64,000 nucleotides of DNA from Pavona decussata (taxonomy: Eukaryota): positions 2,666,001 through 2,730,000 of the forward strand of contig CDRNST010000027.1 of the NCBI GenBank assembly GCA_977016875.1, in the 5' to 3' direction. This document shows positions 1 to 13,400 of this stretch, piece after piece. The translations under genes and the position numbers were made by a program. Each line of letters opens with the position of its first letter. Within the stretch, counting starts at the first letter, position 1. The notes under the pieces were generated by a model. It was not told where the DNA came from and made no database searches. It saw nothing but the letters and a program-made list of their open reading frames with translations.

Positions 1-735
1 GGTTCCAATCGCTGACCAAAAGAAACGTAGGTTCTGATTGCGAAGATGGATTGTGGGAATTCCCACGTGAATAACAAGGTACTCTAATCCAGCTTACCGA
101 AAAAGATGGGGTCTGGTACATTTACCCATAATTCTTAGCGAACAAAAACCTACAAACAAATAATCGACTGTTTACCCAAGGAAAAACAATCAAACGATAT
201 AAAGAACTCTTTCAGCAAACTGACTCACTGACGCATTTTATTTCAGCTAAAACACAAACACAACCAAAAATCCGCCAAGCAACACAATCTTATAAAATTT
301 CGATGAGCGACGACAAGTCTCCAATATTGATTCTTACGAATTTTCGACGACGTTTCACAGAAATAGCATTCATCTGAGTTTGTATGTTAAGAAAAACGTC
401 TGCACACTGAACAAATTACTGCTGTTAAGCCTTCAATTGAATGATCCCTCTTAAGAATTTCCTTCATATTCTCAAAACAATAACCGTATTTCATTTCAAT
501 ATAATCGTTCCTCGTTCTTTTCTTCTCTAATCACGCTAAAGGACAGCTCAAACGACGGATTCGGTTATTTTGAATTCTTGCATTACCATGGCTTTGATTC
601 TCTTAGGTATTCTTATTTTCTGTACTAATTCATACATAATCAAAAACTGATTTAAAAAATCTTTCGATTGTGCGAGTTATTTCCAAAGCGCAGGAAATGA
701 TTATATAATAGAAGAGAACTCGTTCAAATTCTTGG

Positions 736-849
736 TCATCGTTTTCTTTGAACTTTAGACTTGCTGTCCGAGTGTGAGAAGATCTGTTTGAAAAGTTTGT
801 TGAAGTATTTCTCCAGATTCTTGCCAGCTTTTCCCACTTCTGAAGTGTC
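736..849 (-). CDS. BAZ1B: BAZ1B exon 36 (last; bromodomain C helix, stop TGA)
   Basis: ttcag|DTSEVGKAGKNLEKYFNKLFKQIF...RKR*. Confidence 0.9.
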   Translation of the reverse strand, partial: DTSEVGKAGKNLEKYFNKLFKQIFSHSDSKSKVQRKR

Positions 850-3800
850 CTGAAACAATAACAAAACAATTTTTAAAACCTCTTGACGGTCTTAGGTGTT
901 ACGATGAAAGGCACTAGAAAGGGTGAAAAATATACGAGGTATTCCTCATCATCACCATTTATTTGTCTTACTAAAAAAAGGAAAAAAGAAAGAAATCATT
1001 CAATTTACAATAATGGCGAGGAAACCTCAAGAAACCACCAGGCTTATAAGAGAGGCCACCTCGGCTGTCATTAATAGATAGAAAATTTATGAGCGTATAC
1101 TTGCGAACGGAAACAAAGTTTTTTTGGAAACAAAGTTAATGGCGTATTTTAGTTAACAATTTGAATCGAAAAACTCGAAATGTACTGCCAAATTCGTTAG
1201 TATTTGCTGGGGAGCATGACAGGTGCCGCGTCTCAAATGGGCGTCAGTGTCTTTAATCACTCTTGTATCAGTAACACGACAGTTAGCGATTACTGGTATC
1301 GTTTGGGTGGACATCTAAAGGTAAACAAAACGTCAAAGCGCTCGAAGTGCCGTGCTCCCAAACGAATGCACCCTGTGTTTTGCACTGATAGGGTCTCTCC
1401 GCGGATGAGCACTATCCCGTCACGTGATCAATTTAAACCAATTAGACTTGGAGAAAATTTAGTGGTAAATTATAATCTAGTACAGAATAGGTAGTGGTGG
1501 CATACCAGGTTGTACTGGTCACTGTTGCAAAACACAAGACGAACATCCGCCACAAAACTCTCCACATCCGGGTACTCTAAGTTCTTCAGCTTGTCCCGGA
1601 TGGTACCCAGGTCCATAGGGGATTTAACAAGTTCCATGTAGTCTGGAACCTAACAAGGAAAAGAGGACAGTAAACAGAACATTTTCCCAATCGTCTGGCT
1701 TGTTACTTTTTCGCTTATATTTGACCGCAGAAGCACTAAACAAAGACATCGGTTTCAGACAAACCAGCACTAAAACGCGTGTAATTTGTATAGAGATTTA
1801 GAATAACGTATACGGCAAAAGGCAGAAATGACAACAACAACAATTTATTTACAAATTCAGATTATAGAAGGGGCTTGTCCCGCAAATAGCCACAAAGCCA
1901 GTCGAGGCGGGACAAGACGAGCACGAGAACATAATGGAAAAAAAATTACAGTAAATTACAAACATGCTGGAAACGGAAAAACTTTAAAACTTCACATAAT
2001 AACGCAGATTTAGATAAGGATATGCATCAAAATTAAAGTAAATTACATGTAATTTTTTGTTATCATTAATATTACAATAGAAAAGAGATGAAAAGGGAAA
2101 AGGAGAATCAGATTATTCTAGCAAAGAGTAGGCCATGGATGATCAGTTTTTCATTTGGTCAATTATCCGGCGTTTCCACTTCAATACAGGAGTCTACGGT
2201 TTCAAGTATATCAAATAACTTTTCTTTTAGGGATTCTTTAAAAGATTTTTTTGCACTTTTTTTTAGAGTTGCAGGTATCCCGTTCCAAATTTTGACCCCA
2301 ACACGCGAGAATGCATTTCGTGTGGCATTAATGCGAGATTCCTTTGTATAGAAATGACCAGAGGTAAAGGAACGCGTTTTATAAGAATGGACACTAGAAA
2401 TTCAAAATATTTCTTGGGGCAGTGCATTCGTTAATGACCACGTTTATCCTTCATTTGCCGCTCACTGTTTCAGTTTATGAGTAAAATTGATTAGTTTTCC
2501 TTTATCACGAATGGCCAGAACTGTTTTGCCTTATTCCCATCCATGTATTCATTTTTTTTTCAAGAAAACACAAACGCGAATCTCACGTTTGCCGTAAACG
2601 CGATTCTGAACCTCTATTACAATGTCAAAGTTACAGTGCAACGACATCACGACAATGAGTTGAGAAGATAACGTTAAGGGTGATATGCACGCACCAACTT
2701 CTCGTTGGGCCATATTTGGCAACGAAAATTGGTCCGATTTATAAAAATAAGAGGCAGTGTCACAGTTTTGAATCAGGCTGATTTTCACCCGGCCTGCGCT
2801 ACACCAACAGAAAAAGAAAAATCGGCCGACATATAAATTATTGCAATGTGTAAATTGGCCCATGCGACGGAACTTACTAATAGGGCGAATAAATCAGTAC
2901 GTGAAATTAGCCTTCATGGGACAGATAAGTGAGGTTGTACTTCACGGTACTTACCTCAAGCTGGTTTTAAGAATGGAGGCTCCTAATATCAAAGTATTTT
3001 TTGCGCGGTTTATGACTATGCGGGAAATACAAGATCTTAGCAAAATACAAAACACTGAATAAGGGCCTTTCCTCAAGAAAATGCATGGTTACACCAACTA
3101 CCGGCCCCTTGTTAAGATCTACTGTTCCCGCAAAGTGATAAACCGCGCCAAAATACTTTTGTAATACTAAGAAGGCACAAATCCCGGACTATCTCGGACT
3201 ATCCCGTGATGCGCAGAACGTATGCGCACTTGAAAGTGGACGTACCGTCCGTAGGTACCGTTCAAAGCGTAGATTTTGTTGCTGAAAATAACATACGACC
3301 TACCTCCCGCAGATTAACAGCTTGTGTGAAAGGCCAACTATCTTCATGAAGAATGAGATCCCGTAAAATTTGCTCACAAGCATCCATCTACATGAAATAG
3401 AAACAGCAACACATAAAATTAAAGCCCCGATATCGGAATGTAAATTCTCCTCACCGTTTGCCATAAATTTCTTATAGCAACAGCCGAGAGACTTTGTTTA
3501 AACATCACGATGAATTATCGTTGGCAATCATTTCTTTATTCTCGTAAACTGTACGTTTGAACAAGTGACGATATTGTTGGGAGAAATTCGATGCTGAGTT
3601 TAGAGAAAGTGAACGCAAGCCGGTCATAGCAGCTCATGGTAAGCACACGCAGATCTTGGCCAGATGAACTCAAACGTTATACTGAGTTGTTTGTCTGCAT
3701 CGCATGCAATCCTTGCGCGATTCTTCGAGAAGTCACTCAGTGTGAATTGCTTCGTGGTGTTAACTCTAAGCTGCAAGTTCCTCACGGATCGCTGTTGTGC

Positions 3801-6800
3801 ACTATTACTTTCTCTGGCCCCTGGATCCTCTCGGTGTTCCCAAAGGGTAGCGATGTTTGAGTTCAAGGACAGGTTGTTAAAAATAAACAGGACTTACTTC
3901 TACATTAACTCGCCGCCGTTTTTCCTTCTTGTCTTCTTGTGAAACCTCGGCTCTAATCACGTTTCTTGTTTCTGTGTTCCTGTCTTTGGTTATGGAACTA
4001 ACAGACAGACAGAGTCAAACGATCAACCACAGCACTGCAAGGTTCAGATATTAAATTCATCGCACTGAATTCTATCTCTTTATTTGGGAAATTAAGAACA
4101 GGCGATGACAACGCAACGAAAACGGAACTTAAAAATTACATTCGCGTTTTCTGAATAAATTTGCGATAATTTCTACTCATTTAGTTTGTGTAATGTGGCC
4201 GAACTATCCGGGAGCTAACGTCGTAGAGGCGGATTTAAAGTTCAGAAAGAGAAAAGAAAACTAATCATTGTGCGGTCATGTCTTCCTTAAGGCTGGTTTC
4301 CATATGATCGCGGATCGCAGATCGCAGATCGCAATAAGGTCTGCAATCGTCTGCGATCATATGGAAACTACTTCTGCGATCGTCTGCGATCCTGCGATCG
4401 TGATCGCAGACGATCGCAGAAGATAGAACCATGTTCTATCTCCTGCGATCGTCTGCGATCAATTGCGATTGTTTGCGATCTGCGATCATATGGAAACCAG
4501 CCTTTAGATAGAACATGGTTCTATCTTCTGCGATCACGATCGCAGGATCGCAGACGATCGCAGAAGTAGTTTCCATATGATCGCAGACGATCGCAGACCT
4601 TATTGCGATCTGCGATCCGCGATCATATGGAAACCAGCCTTTAAAACCTTGGATGTGGTCATTTCATGTTGTTGTTTTGCAGAGAAAGGCAAAGAAATAT
4701 ACTAAACTGTATACTGCACGTGTAGAGCCAGTACTTTGCTAATTAAAACTATTGTTTTCCGACGTTCTCGTTGCCGTCGTCGTCGTTTCTGTTCAAGACC
4801 CAACGAATTCAACACTTGACCAACACTCGTTCAACAAAAAATGAACGGATGTTTGTCAAATGTTGAACGGAGTGTTCAAACGGCTTCAACGCCATTCAAT
4901 ATTTTCGAGAGCAAAGGAAATGTTGAATCGATGTTGAATAAAAGTTTAAACTAATTTAAATTTGATTCAACAAGCTTTTAACATTTTTCACATTTTCAAC
5001 AGTGTTGAACGGCCTATTCAAAAGCCCCCGACATCTGGTTCAACAAAGTGTTGAACGCATGTTGAAGCAAATGTTGAAGCCTACTAAATCTTGGAAACGA
5101 CTTCCTGAAAATGTCAAGCTCAGTTTACTCACAGGACATGATCGAGTACAAGAGAATCAGATTGTAGTATTTGTTACGTAAAACCAGCAAGCGTCCAAGA
5201 TTTTTGTTTTCACCAACTAAACGCCTGCCGGTAGGACTGGGATAGCAGTTGCTAACTTCCCGCAAAACAACATGACAAGCCCACCAATTTTGCCTCGTTT
5301 GTTGTTGTTGGTTCTCGTCCCTGCTCCGAAAGGTTTTTCTCCGGGTACTCCGGTTTTCCCCTCTCCTCAAAACTCAACATTTCCAAATTCCAATTCGATC
5401 AGTAGAGAGTCCTCTCTCGGAGCTCGTTCAAAGGTGTCCGTTGCGTTCCAGGTCGAATTGGAATTTGGAAATTTTGGTGTTTGTGGAGGGAGGAAAACCG
5501 GAGAACCCGGAAAAAAATCCTCGGAGAGAGGGACAAGAACCAACAATAAACTCAACCCACATAAGACGCCGAGTCCGGGAATCGAACCCGGGCCACATTG
5601 GTTGGAGGCGAGTGCTCTCACCACTACGCCATCCCTGCTGCCCCAAGGGTGGGCTGCGGGTACGAGAGCCACGCTTTCAGCACCTCGTGCCTCGCGTGTT
5701 ACTGCGGTTCTACCCATTCCCGCGTCCTTCGTTTAATTCTAAGAGAAAAGAAAGCAACTATTTTGCAGCCTACATGTACTATTTTCTAGTCTTGGCCCCG
5801 AACACAAGATCCACCTTACCTGTTGTTAAGGACAGCTTTCTTTTGCTTTCCTCCATTGTTCTTTCCGTTGCCATCGTCCGATTCCACACCTTCTTCATGT
5901 CTGTTCCTGTTTCCTCCCCGTCCCTGTGTCTGTCGTTTTACGTTACCTCTGTGGGACTTGTTAGGTTCAGGGCATCTATCCCTCACCGAGCGACTCTTTG
6001 ATGAACTGCCTTTGGATGTATTAAGCCCACTCTCGTCAGACGAGCTCGAAACCTGTTTTGCGTTTCTCTTATTCCCAGAACCACGCTTATTCGTGGACTG
6101 TGATACACCTGTGTCATCGTCTTCTGATGGTTCGGAAGAGCTCGACACTCGTCGTTGATTCCTCGTAGATCTTCGGGCAGAGTTTGAGGTACCGCTGTTC
6201 TTTCGTAGAGACGTTTTGCGGCTTTCTTTTTCCTCCCTTTCATTATCCTCGTCTTCATCCTCAGAATAACCTGTGAACAACAAGAACAGTAAAATTGCTA
6301 TAAAAAGACCAAAAACGTTGTTACAACACAGATGTTTCGTGAATGGCCAACGCCAAGCAATTAACTTTAGCAACAGAACATAGAAATCACTAATTGAAGA
6401 CCTAGTGTGACCTGCGTTACAGCTCGCGACGTATCTATCTACTACGTTAAACACAACGAAAGGACGGCAATCTAAACCAAATATTACAGCAAGATGTATA
6501 TATAATAGGCCATTTCCAAGTTGCTTTGAACCTCATTAAGAAAGCGAGGGTTCGTGCATAGGTTTTATTACAAAAATCCGCAGTTTTCATTCATAAGCAA
6601 ACAAAACTAATTTTCACTTAGCCTCGTAATGAGGTTGAAAGCAACTCAGAAATGGCCTATTAGCTTCTACGCTGAATACACAAGGTTGCTTTTTCCCGTC
6701 CTGGCTCCTAAGCTCTCTTAAACCAAACGGAAATTCTGGAAACTGATGACCTTACCCACAATCGGACGTCTGTTTCTCCGAGAGCCACGCTCTGGGTGCC

Positions 6801-7407
6801 TTGCTGCCCTAGTTGTCTTCTTGCGTTGCGTCACAGGCTCCTCCTCCTCCTCCTCCTCCTCATCATCATCATCATCATCGTCACTGATGTTGCTATCGTT
6901 GGATGTTTTCCGTTGACATGTCCGTCTAGTTGAACGACCATAAAACGAGTTAACGTTCGAGTCAGGACTTTCCGCCTTCTCATCCTCGGAATCTTGTGGG
7001 TATCTTCTCCGTAGCCGGCTCACAACACTACCATTTCTTGACACCGCTTGTTTTCCCCCTCCTTGCTTGCTTTTAGAGGCTTTCCTTTTCCCAACAAAAC
7101 TTTCGTCATCCGACAGGTCTTCGATCGACGCACGTGCTTTGCGTCTCCTGTCACGTGCGCTGTCGTCATCGGCGATTTCCATTGGCTGACGTCTCTGACG
7201 AGTTCGTTTGGAAGACTTCTGGTGCCCCGAATCCTCGGAGCTCAGAGAACGGGACCGTTTGCTTGTCCTCCGAGAGCTTTCGTCTTGTCTTGCACGTTTT
7301 TTGGCTTTATTTTTGGCTGCCTTTGACTTAGTCGTGTGACCACCTGCAATTAATCAATCAATTTGTCAAACAACCAGTTAATCAAACAATCACCCAATCC
7401 ATCCATT

Positions 7408-7475
<68 letters not shown>

Positions 7476-10400
7476 TCTCAATCGGTCAGTCAACAAGTTA
7501 ATCATTTAGAACAAATCGTTTCGTTCATATATTATTTAATACCTTGCATATTCTTCTTTTGTTTCTTGTCCTTTGGCTGCCGACATTGCCAACAACTCCA
7601 CGCTCCCCTAAAGAAAATGAACCAGGTTTTGATTCGTAAAAACGGCTTCTTAGCCTAGTAAATACCAAAGGTGGCATTGCAAGGTATACTGAGACCGAAA
7701 ATGTCCCTTGTTATAACGAAATTTAAAATCACAAAAATGACACAGTAATAGGTTGATGAACGGGACATCAGATAAAATAATATCGAGCTATCTAGAATTA
7801 GGGATAAACCTTGATCAGGTGCCTAACACCTCACTCTTCTCCTGCAGCTTACAGACAGCTTTTTTTGTATTCACACCCCACCCCCACCTCCCACCTTTCT
7901 TATTCATCATCCCCTATTTACCGCATGATGCAGGCATTGGTTTCACCCATAACCGTGAAAGGGGACAATCAAGTTAGGCTTGTTCAGTTTCCCAAAACAT
8001 TTGAAGTGGGATGTGTCAGCAAGCGAAGTGATTGTTAACTGCCGTACAATCCTGAGAGAAATGGGTACAGTCGTAAGGGGCACGTCAAAGGGAAAGCAAT
8101 CTCGTCACCCAGGGAATCCCTACTTCCAACGGCTAATCTCACTCCAGGGGACAGAAAGAATGGTGACCTTGTGGGATGAAGCCGGAGGGCACTTGATACA
8201 GCTTTGATTAACACGTGATACAAGCGTGACTGACACATGACAAGAGTGTGATGGACACGTGACGTGATTATTTACCGTGGTATATTCCTAAGTGGGGGCT
8301 GATGACAGACGGTATGGAACACCAAAGGACACGAGTCACAACAAATCAGATCGCCATCTTCACCACAAGTGTGACAGTAGTCTTCATGCTCGTCTGTCTC
8401 ATCCTCAAGAGAGCTGTCTTCAGAGTCTCCCAAGCTCGCTTCACTGGCCTGGTGAATACGATAAAGGAGTTCAGTGAGAACTAGCAATAATTAATAAAAT
8501 TGATGAAATTTGTTAATAGCATAAGGTAAGTTAGTCTTTTAAGAGGGCACTGTCCCGAAGATGTTGCTGTATTTTGGTCAAAACGTCTCAAACATTTGAC
8601 AAAGAACCTTTCCTTTACCACGAAGTTGCTCGTAGAGCACCGGGAGGATTTCTTGGAATAAAACAAACTGTAACCATTCAAATCCTAGCAGTATGCAGGG
8701 TCAGTGTTTGGCCAATGAACCTGGTTTAATGGTCTTATCTCACACGAGTCTCCTGTAGCTCAGTGGTAGAACATCCGAACTAGTAATCGGAAGGTCTTAG
8801 GTTCGACTCCTGATAGGAGCACTCAGATTTTTTTTTTCCGAGTATGCCTGTGTCATTTACTGATTAATACATCATTCTCAAACTGTAACCAGTTTTTCAG
8901 TGGTTTCTCTAAGATACACAAGACGAACTTTTTCGAGTTCAATTCGTTTCCATCCTAGCCATCCGCAGCCACAAACAATTAATACTAGTTTCTGTGTACT
9001 GGTAAGGTTTTTGTTGACAAAACAGAACCATTATTTTAACGTTTCCAGAGATAAAATGTAATATTTGGCTATTCAAAATGACACTAAAAACACGTGACAC
9101 TGGCCCTTTGAGATAAACTACGACATCTTTGATTTGACAATGGATACGGTGTATCCGAAACATGTTTTCAGAACTCAAAAATGCCGTAGTTTTTTTTGTT
9201 TGTTTTTTTGTTTTTTAAGTTTGTCTACTTAATGAAATGTAGTAAGGTTATTGTTATTCTGTTACTTATATCACACAACTGACTGACTGGCAGACCTCCA
9301 TCTTTCTGTCTGTCTGCCTGTCTGCAGTGACTGTCCAAATCCCTGACAGATTGACTGACTGTGAGTTGCCCACCGGACTAAATGACTATCTGACAAGAGC
9401 GGTGTTCATTTGAGTGTCGTAAAATCTAGAAACAAAGTAATAACTCTGACCAATCATCAGTGATTTAAACAGCACAATGAACCAATCAGAAGTCGAAACA
9501 AATACACGTAACCGGCGCCAAGCGCGGGAAAAAGCGTGCACACAAGCCGCCAAGACTGATTTTGATTCTCATTGGTTGAGAAAGAAACGCAAGTTTTGCT
9601 AACCAATCAGAGAAGGAAATAAAGAGAAACCAAAGCATTACCAAATTATTTTTGACAGTCAACCGAAAAATAGCTCTAACTGTCTGATGCAATGACTGAC
9701 TGACTGACTGACTGACTGACCGACCGACCGACCAACTGACTGACTGACTGACTGACTGACTGACCGACCAACTGACTGACCGACCAACTGACTGACTGAC
9801 TGACTGATTGACAGTATTGACCACAGAATATGATAGCACCTCTTCATCTTGATCTTCACTTGAGCTCCCTTCTTTGTAATTTTTGATACTGGTTCGGTTG
9901 CTTAGCCTCTCGTTCGGCTACAAAAACAAATAACAAGGGAACAAATTCGACATATGGTAGAGTGATAGTAGTGCGCAAATTAAGTGTGTCACTAGTGTGA
10001 TCATAGGAAGTTGTCCCCTCTACTAACTATGCTCATAGTTACTTGAGGGACTGGTTATGAAACTGCCATGAAAACAATGGTGCTGCAGTTTATGTTGGAA
10101 GGGCCGCGACCGTGCACAATCCTTTGTTTTTACGTTCACAACACAGGTGAATATCTTAACAAAAACGTTTCCATTGGTCAGTTGCCCCAACACATTCCAA
10201 ATGCTATTGTTGTTTGTGCAGGGTCAAGGCCAAAAAGGCAAACAAAAACATGTAACAAAGAAGTTTGTCAGATTTCATAACCATTGCCTTCAATTAACCA
10301 TGCTATGGCGCGAGAATCTGTGGTTTGAGTCTTGACATGTTCTCAAGACTGAAGACAGTACAGCTCTAAGGATTATCTTTCATTCCCGTCATCTCCCACC

Positions 10401-13400
10401 ATGAAGCAAGCACGCAGTTTAATGTGATTCAAGAAACCCACTCCAGCTTTTACGATACCTAATCAGGAGCAAAAAGAAAATCATCATCATCACCACCATC
10501 AACATCAACTTTATCATCATCGTCGTCATCATCATCATCACCACCACCATCAATTCACATCAGCATCAACATCATCATCACCACCATCAACATCATCACA
10601 CCAGCATCACCACCACCATCAACATCAACATCATCATCGTCATCATCATCACCACCACCACCATCAACTTCGTCATCATCATCATCATCAGTTTCTCCCG
10701 TTGGAGAATTGGGCTGTATATTCTCCACTTCCATGCCCTTCTGTCAGCTTCCGTAGTCGCCGCCTCTGCCCAACGTTTCACCCCATCACCTAAGTTAGCT
10801 CTTTCCCATCATTCTTCCAACGTTTCACAGGACGACTCTACCTAGAGACACCCATATCAGAGCTAAAAGAGAAAATTCATTACCTTGCAAACAGGACAAC
10901 TCCAGTGTCCCGCAGGCACCTCAGATAACGCTGGCCGCAGACACTGAAGATGATAACCTAAATTACAGTCATCACACAGGATCAGCAGTGTTTTACTAAT
11001 CCCTTTGATGCGACAAATCTTACATTTCTGTGGAGGAGAACAAAGTGAAATAAGATTTTAAACTGTTGTTACTGCCAAATGGGATTACATCCATCAATTA
11101 AGATACAAAAACCTCAAAGTTGGCTTTAAAAAAAACTTGGCTGCGCCTCGTTTTTCCCACACATTTCTTGGTGTTGGAAATCAGATCAAACAGACGTATG
11201 AAAGAATCCACTTACTGCATTTTCTGCTGATAAATCCCAAATCACGGTCGAATCCAGAATTCCAAGAAGAAGATGGAGACGAGAGGCTGTCGCTGCCTTC
11301 TTCACTTCTTCCAACCAGCATTCCTTGGCTTTCTCTGAGTTGGTCTTGTCTTTAGAGAACATGCCTTGATAGAATTGTGGCAACACTGATGGCAGTAATT
11401 TCTCAAGTTGAGATGCCTGATAAAGGGAAGAAGTGTTACTACAGGTGAGAATTCAAATGCTGAGCTTGCAAATTTTAGCAAAAGGTTAAAGAGCGGTTTT
11501 TCTGCTTTCTTGTAGTTGCATTGTAAGCTTACCAAATCCCCAACAGATGAGGAGTTATCTACAGCTTCTTGATATTCCTCAAGGCCATCACCCAAGATGG
11601 CCAAGTTACCATGAACAAGTCGCTCAGCAACGTCCTTTAATTCCTGTTTTCAGAGAAGATATTTTAGCAAATCATCAGCAATGTAACAAATACTGCAACC
11701 TTACACAATCTCATCTTCATCATCCCAGAGATGCACAATTAAGGCAGGAAATTGGAAATCAACGAAATTGGTTAAAGGGCAAGCGTTGAAGCACCAGTAA
11801 GGCTGACAAAAAAAAAAGGATATCACCCATATTGCCCCACTTGCCCCTTCCCTTACAAAACTACTCACAACTTTTTATATTAGGAATGCACAGATTAACA
11901 CAAGAAGAATTGAGGGGGTGCCTGGAAAGAAGCCCTAAGTGACTTCTGATAAACTGCTAGATTCTCCTTTCCAATTGTCTTGTATTCACTTGTGAAACAA
12001 AAGGAGAATTTGACCTTACATCATAAGTCACTTAGGAACTATTTTGCACACCCCTTCAATTGGACAAAGCCATTTATAACATGGCCCAACATCGTCAGCA
12101 TCGTTCAGGTGGAACAAACTTTGAACGAGGTTACATTTGGCTTAGCTTGTGTAATGTCTTGCACAATATGATATGAAAATGTTTTCTCCAAAAAATGTTT
12201 CAGTTGTCTTTTCATGCTAAAAATTGATAACAAAGTACTTGTAAGGCAGAATGCTTTGAAGAGGATATTAACTTAGATAACTTAGATAAGTACTAATAAT
12301 ATTATTGTGAACCCAGAGCTGTCATTAAAAGGAAAGTAAAACTGTAAATGGTTTGAACCCTGGAGTCATGTCATAAGTACGTAAACTATGACCACCCAGA
12401 CGAGTGGAGTCCTGAGAAGGACTGGTTGAGGTGATATTAACTGAAGATTGGACAACCTGAGTGGAAGTCAAAGAAAAGTAGCTGATCAAAACCAAAAGAA
12501 AGTCTCCCATTCTTCTTATATTTCAATCATTTTAAACCTCTATGTAGCCAGCTAAATTTACTTATTGACACTGTTAGCCTTAACAGCCGGTTGCCATCAG
12601 TCATGGCTAACTCGATCTCTTGAACAATGAATTTACTGTTATCCATATTCCTAAAAAGAAGAAGTGCTGTTGGTGAACAATGAATAATGTCTCAACAACC
12701 TAAGTATCTTCACAGTCAAGTGCACAATTAATATTTTACAGGTTCATGTTTAGTTTAATAACAAACCTCTTTCATGGAGTTGAGAAGTCCCTCTTCTGCA
12801 GTTTCTAGCTTTGCAGGTTTCCTGTATGAATTCCTGTTAAACAACAAAACGGATTAAGAAAGCATTCATTTGCATTTACTTTCATCTATAAAACTATTTT
12901 CACAAACAAACATGGCCACCAACTGACAAGGTCTTTCATTGAAACTAGTTTTATAGTCACCACTTAATTATGTAAATTGTGTGTTGAAAGTAAATACAAA
13001 TAATGTTTTTCCAAATAAAGATGATGTTGAGCAATACTCTTCTTCACAGAGAGGAGTTAGAAAGGCAATGACAAATAAACCACCACCTGGTATAGTCAAA
13101 CCTCCTTGGGCTGCTACACTCAGAAGCCAACATCTTTCTTGTGAAGAACAACATCATGATTCTTATTTCCCTTTTCATTCTCGGTAACATACTGCATTTC
13201 GAGCCTCGACTGTTGCAGTAGCTACATTTGCAGTAGCTACATTTGCAGTTTAAAATTTGGAAAGTTATGTTGGTGGTTTTTACTGCCTTTACTAACAGAA
13301 AAGCAAATATTTTACAAGACAATGGGGGAATCAAGATTAACAAGATAACCTTACAAGAAGGATAATTAGGGGAAAGATACCAGCAATACAATAGGGAGTA

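Noticed and set aside
5125-6001. Cluster of overlapping 70-186 aa ORFs
   Set aside because: They arise from GC-rich SINE copies and the antisense of exon 32
8747-8822. Functional tRNA-Thr(AGT)
   Set aside because: Irregular acceptor and anticodon stems; a second decayed copy with shared flanks shows it is a repeat
12350-12722. Hammerhead ribozyme in Penelope-like remnants
   Set aside because: The resemblance is from memory only, and the catalytic CTGANGA/GAAA cores are not intact
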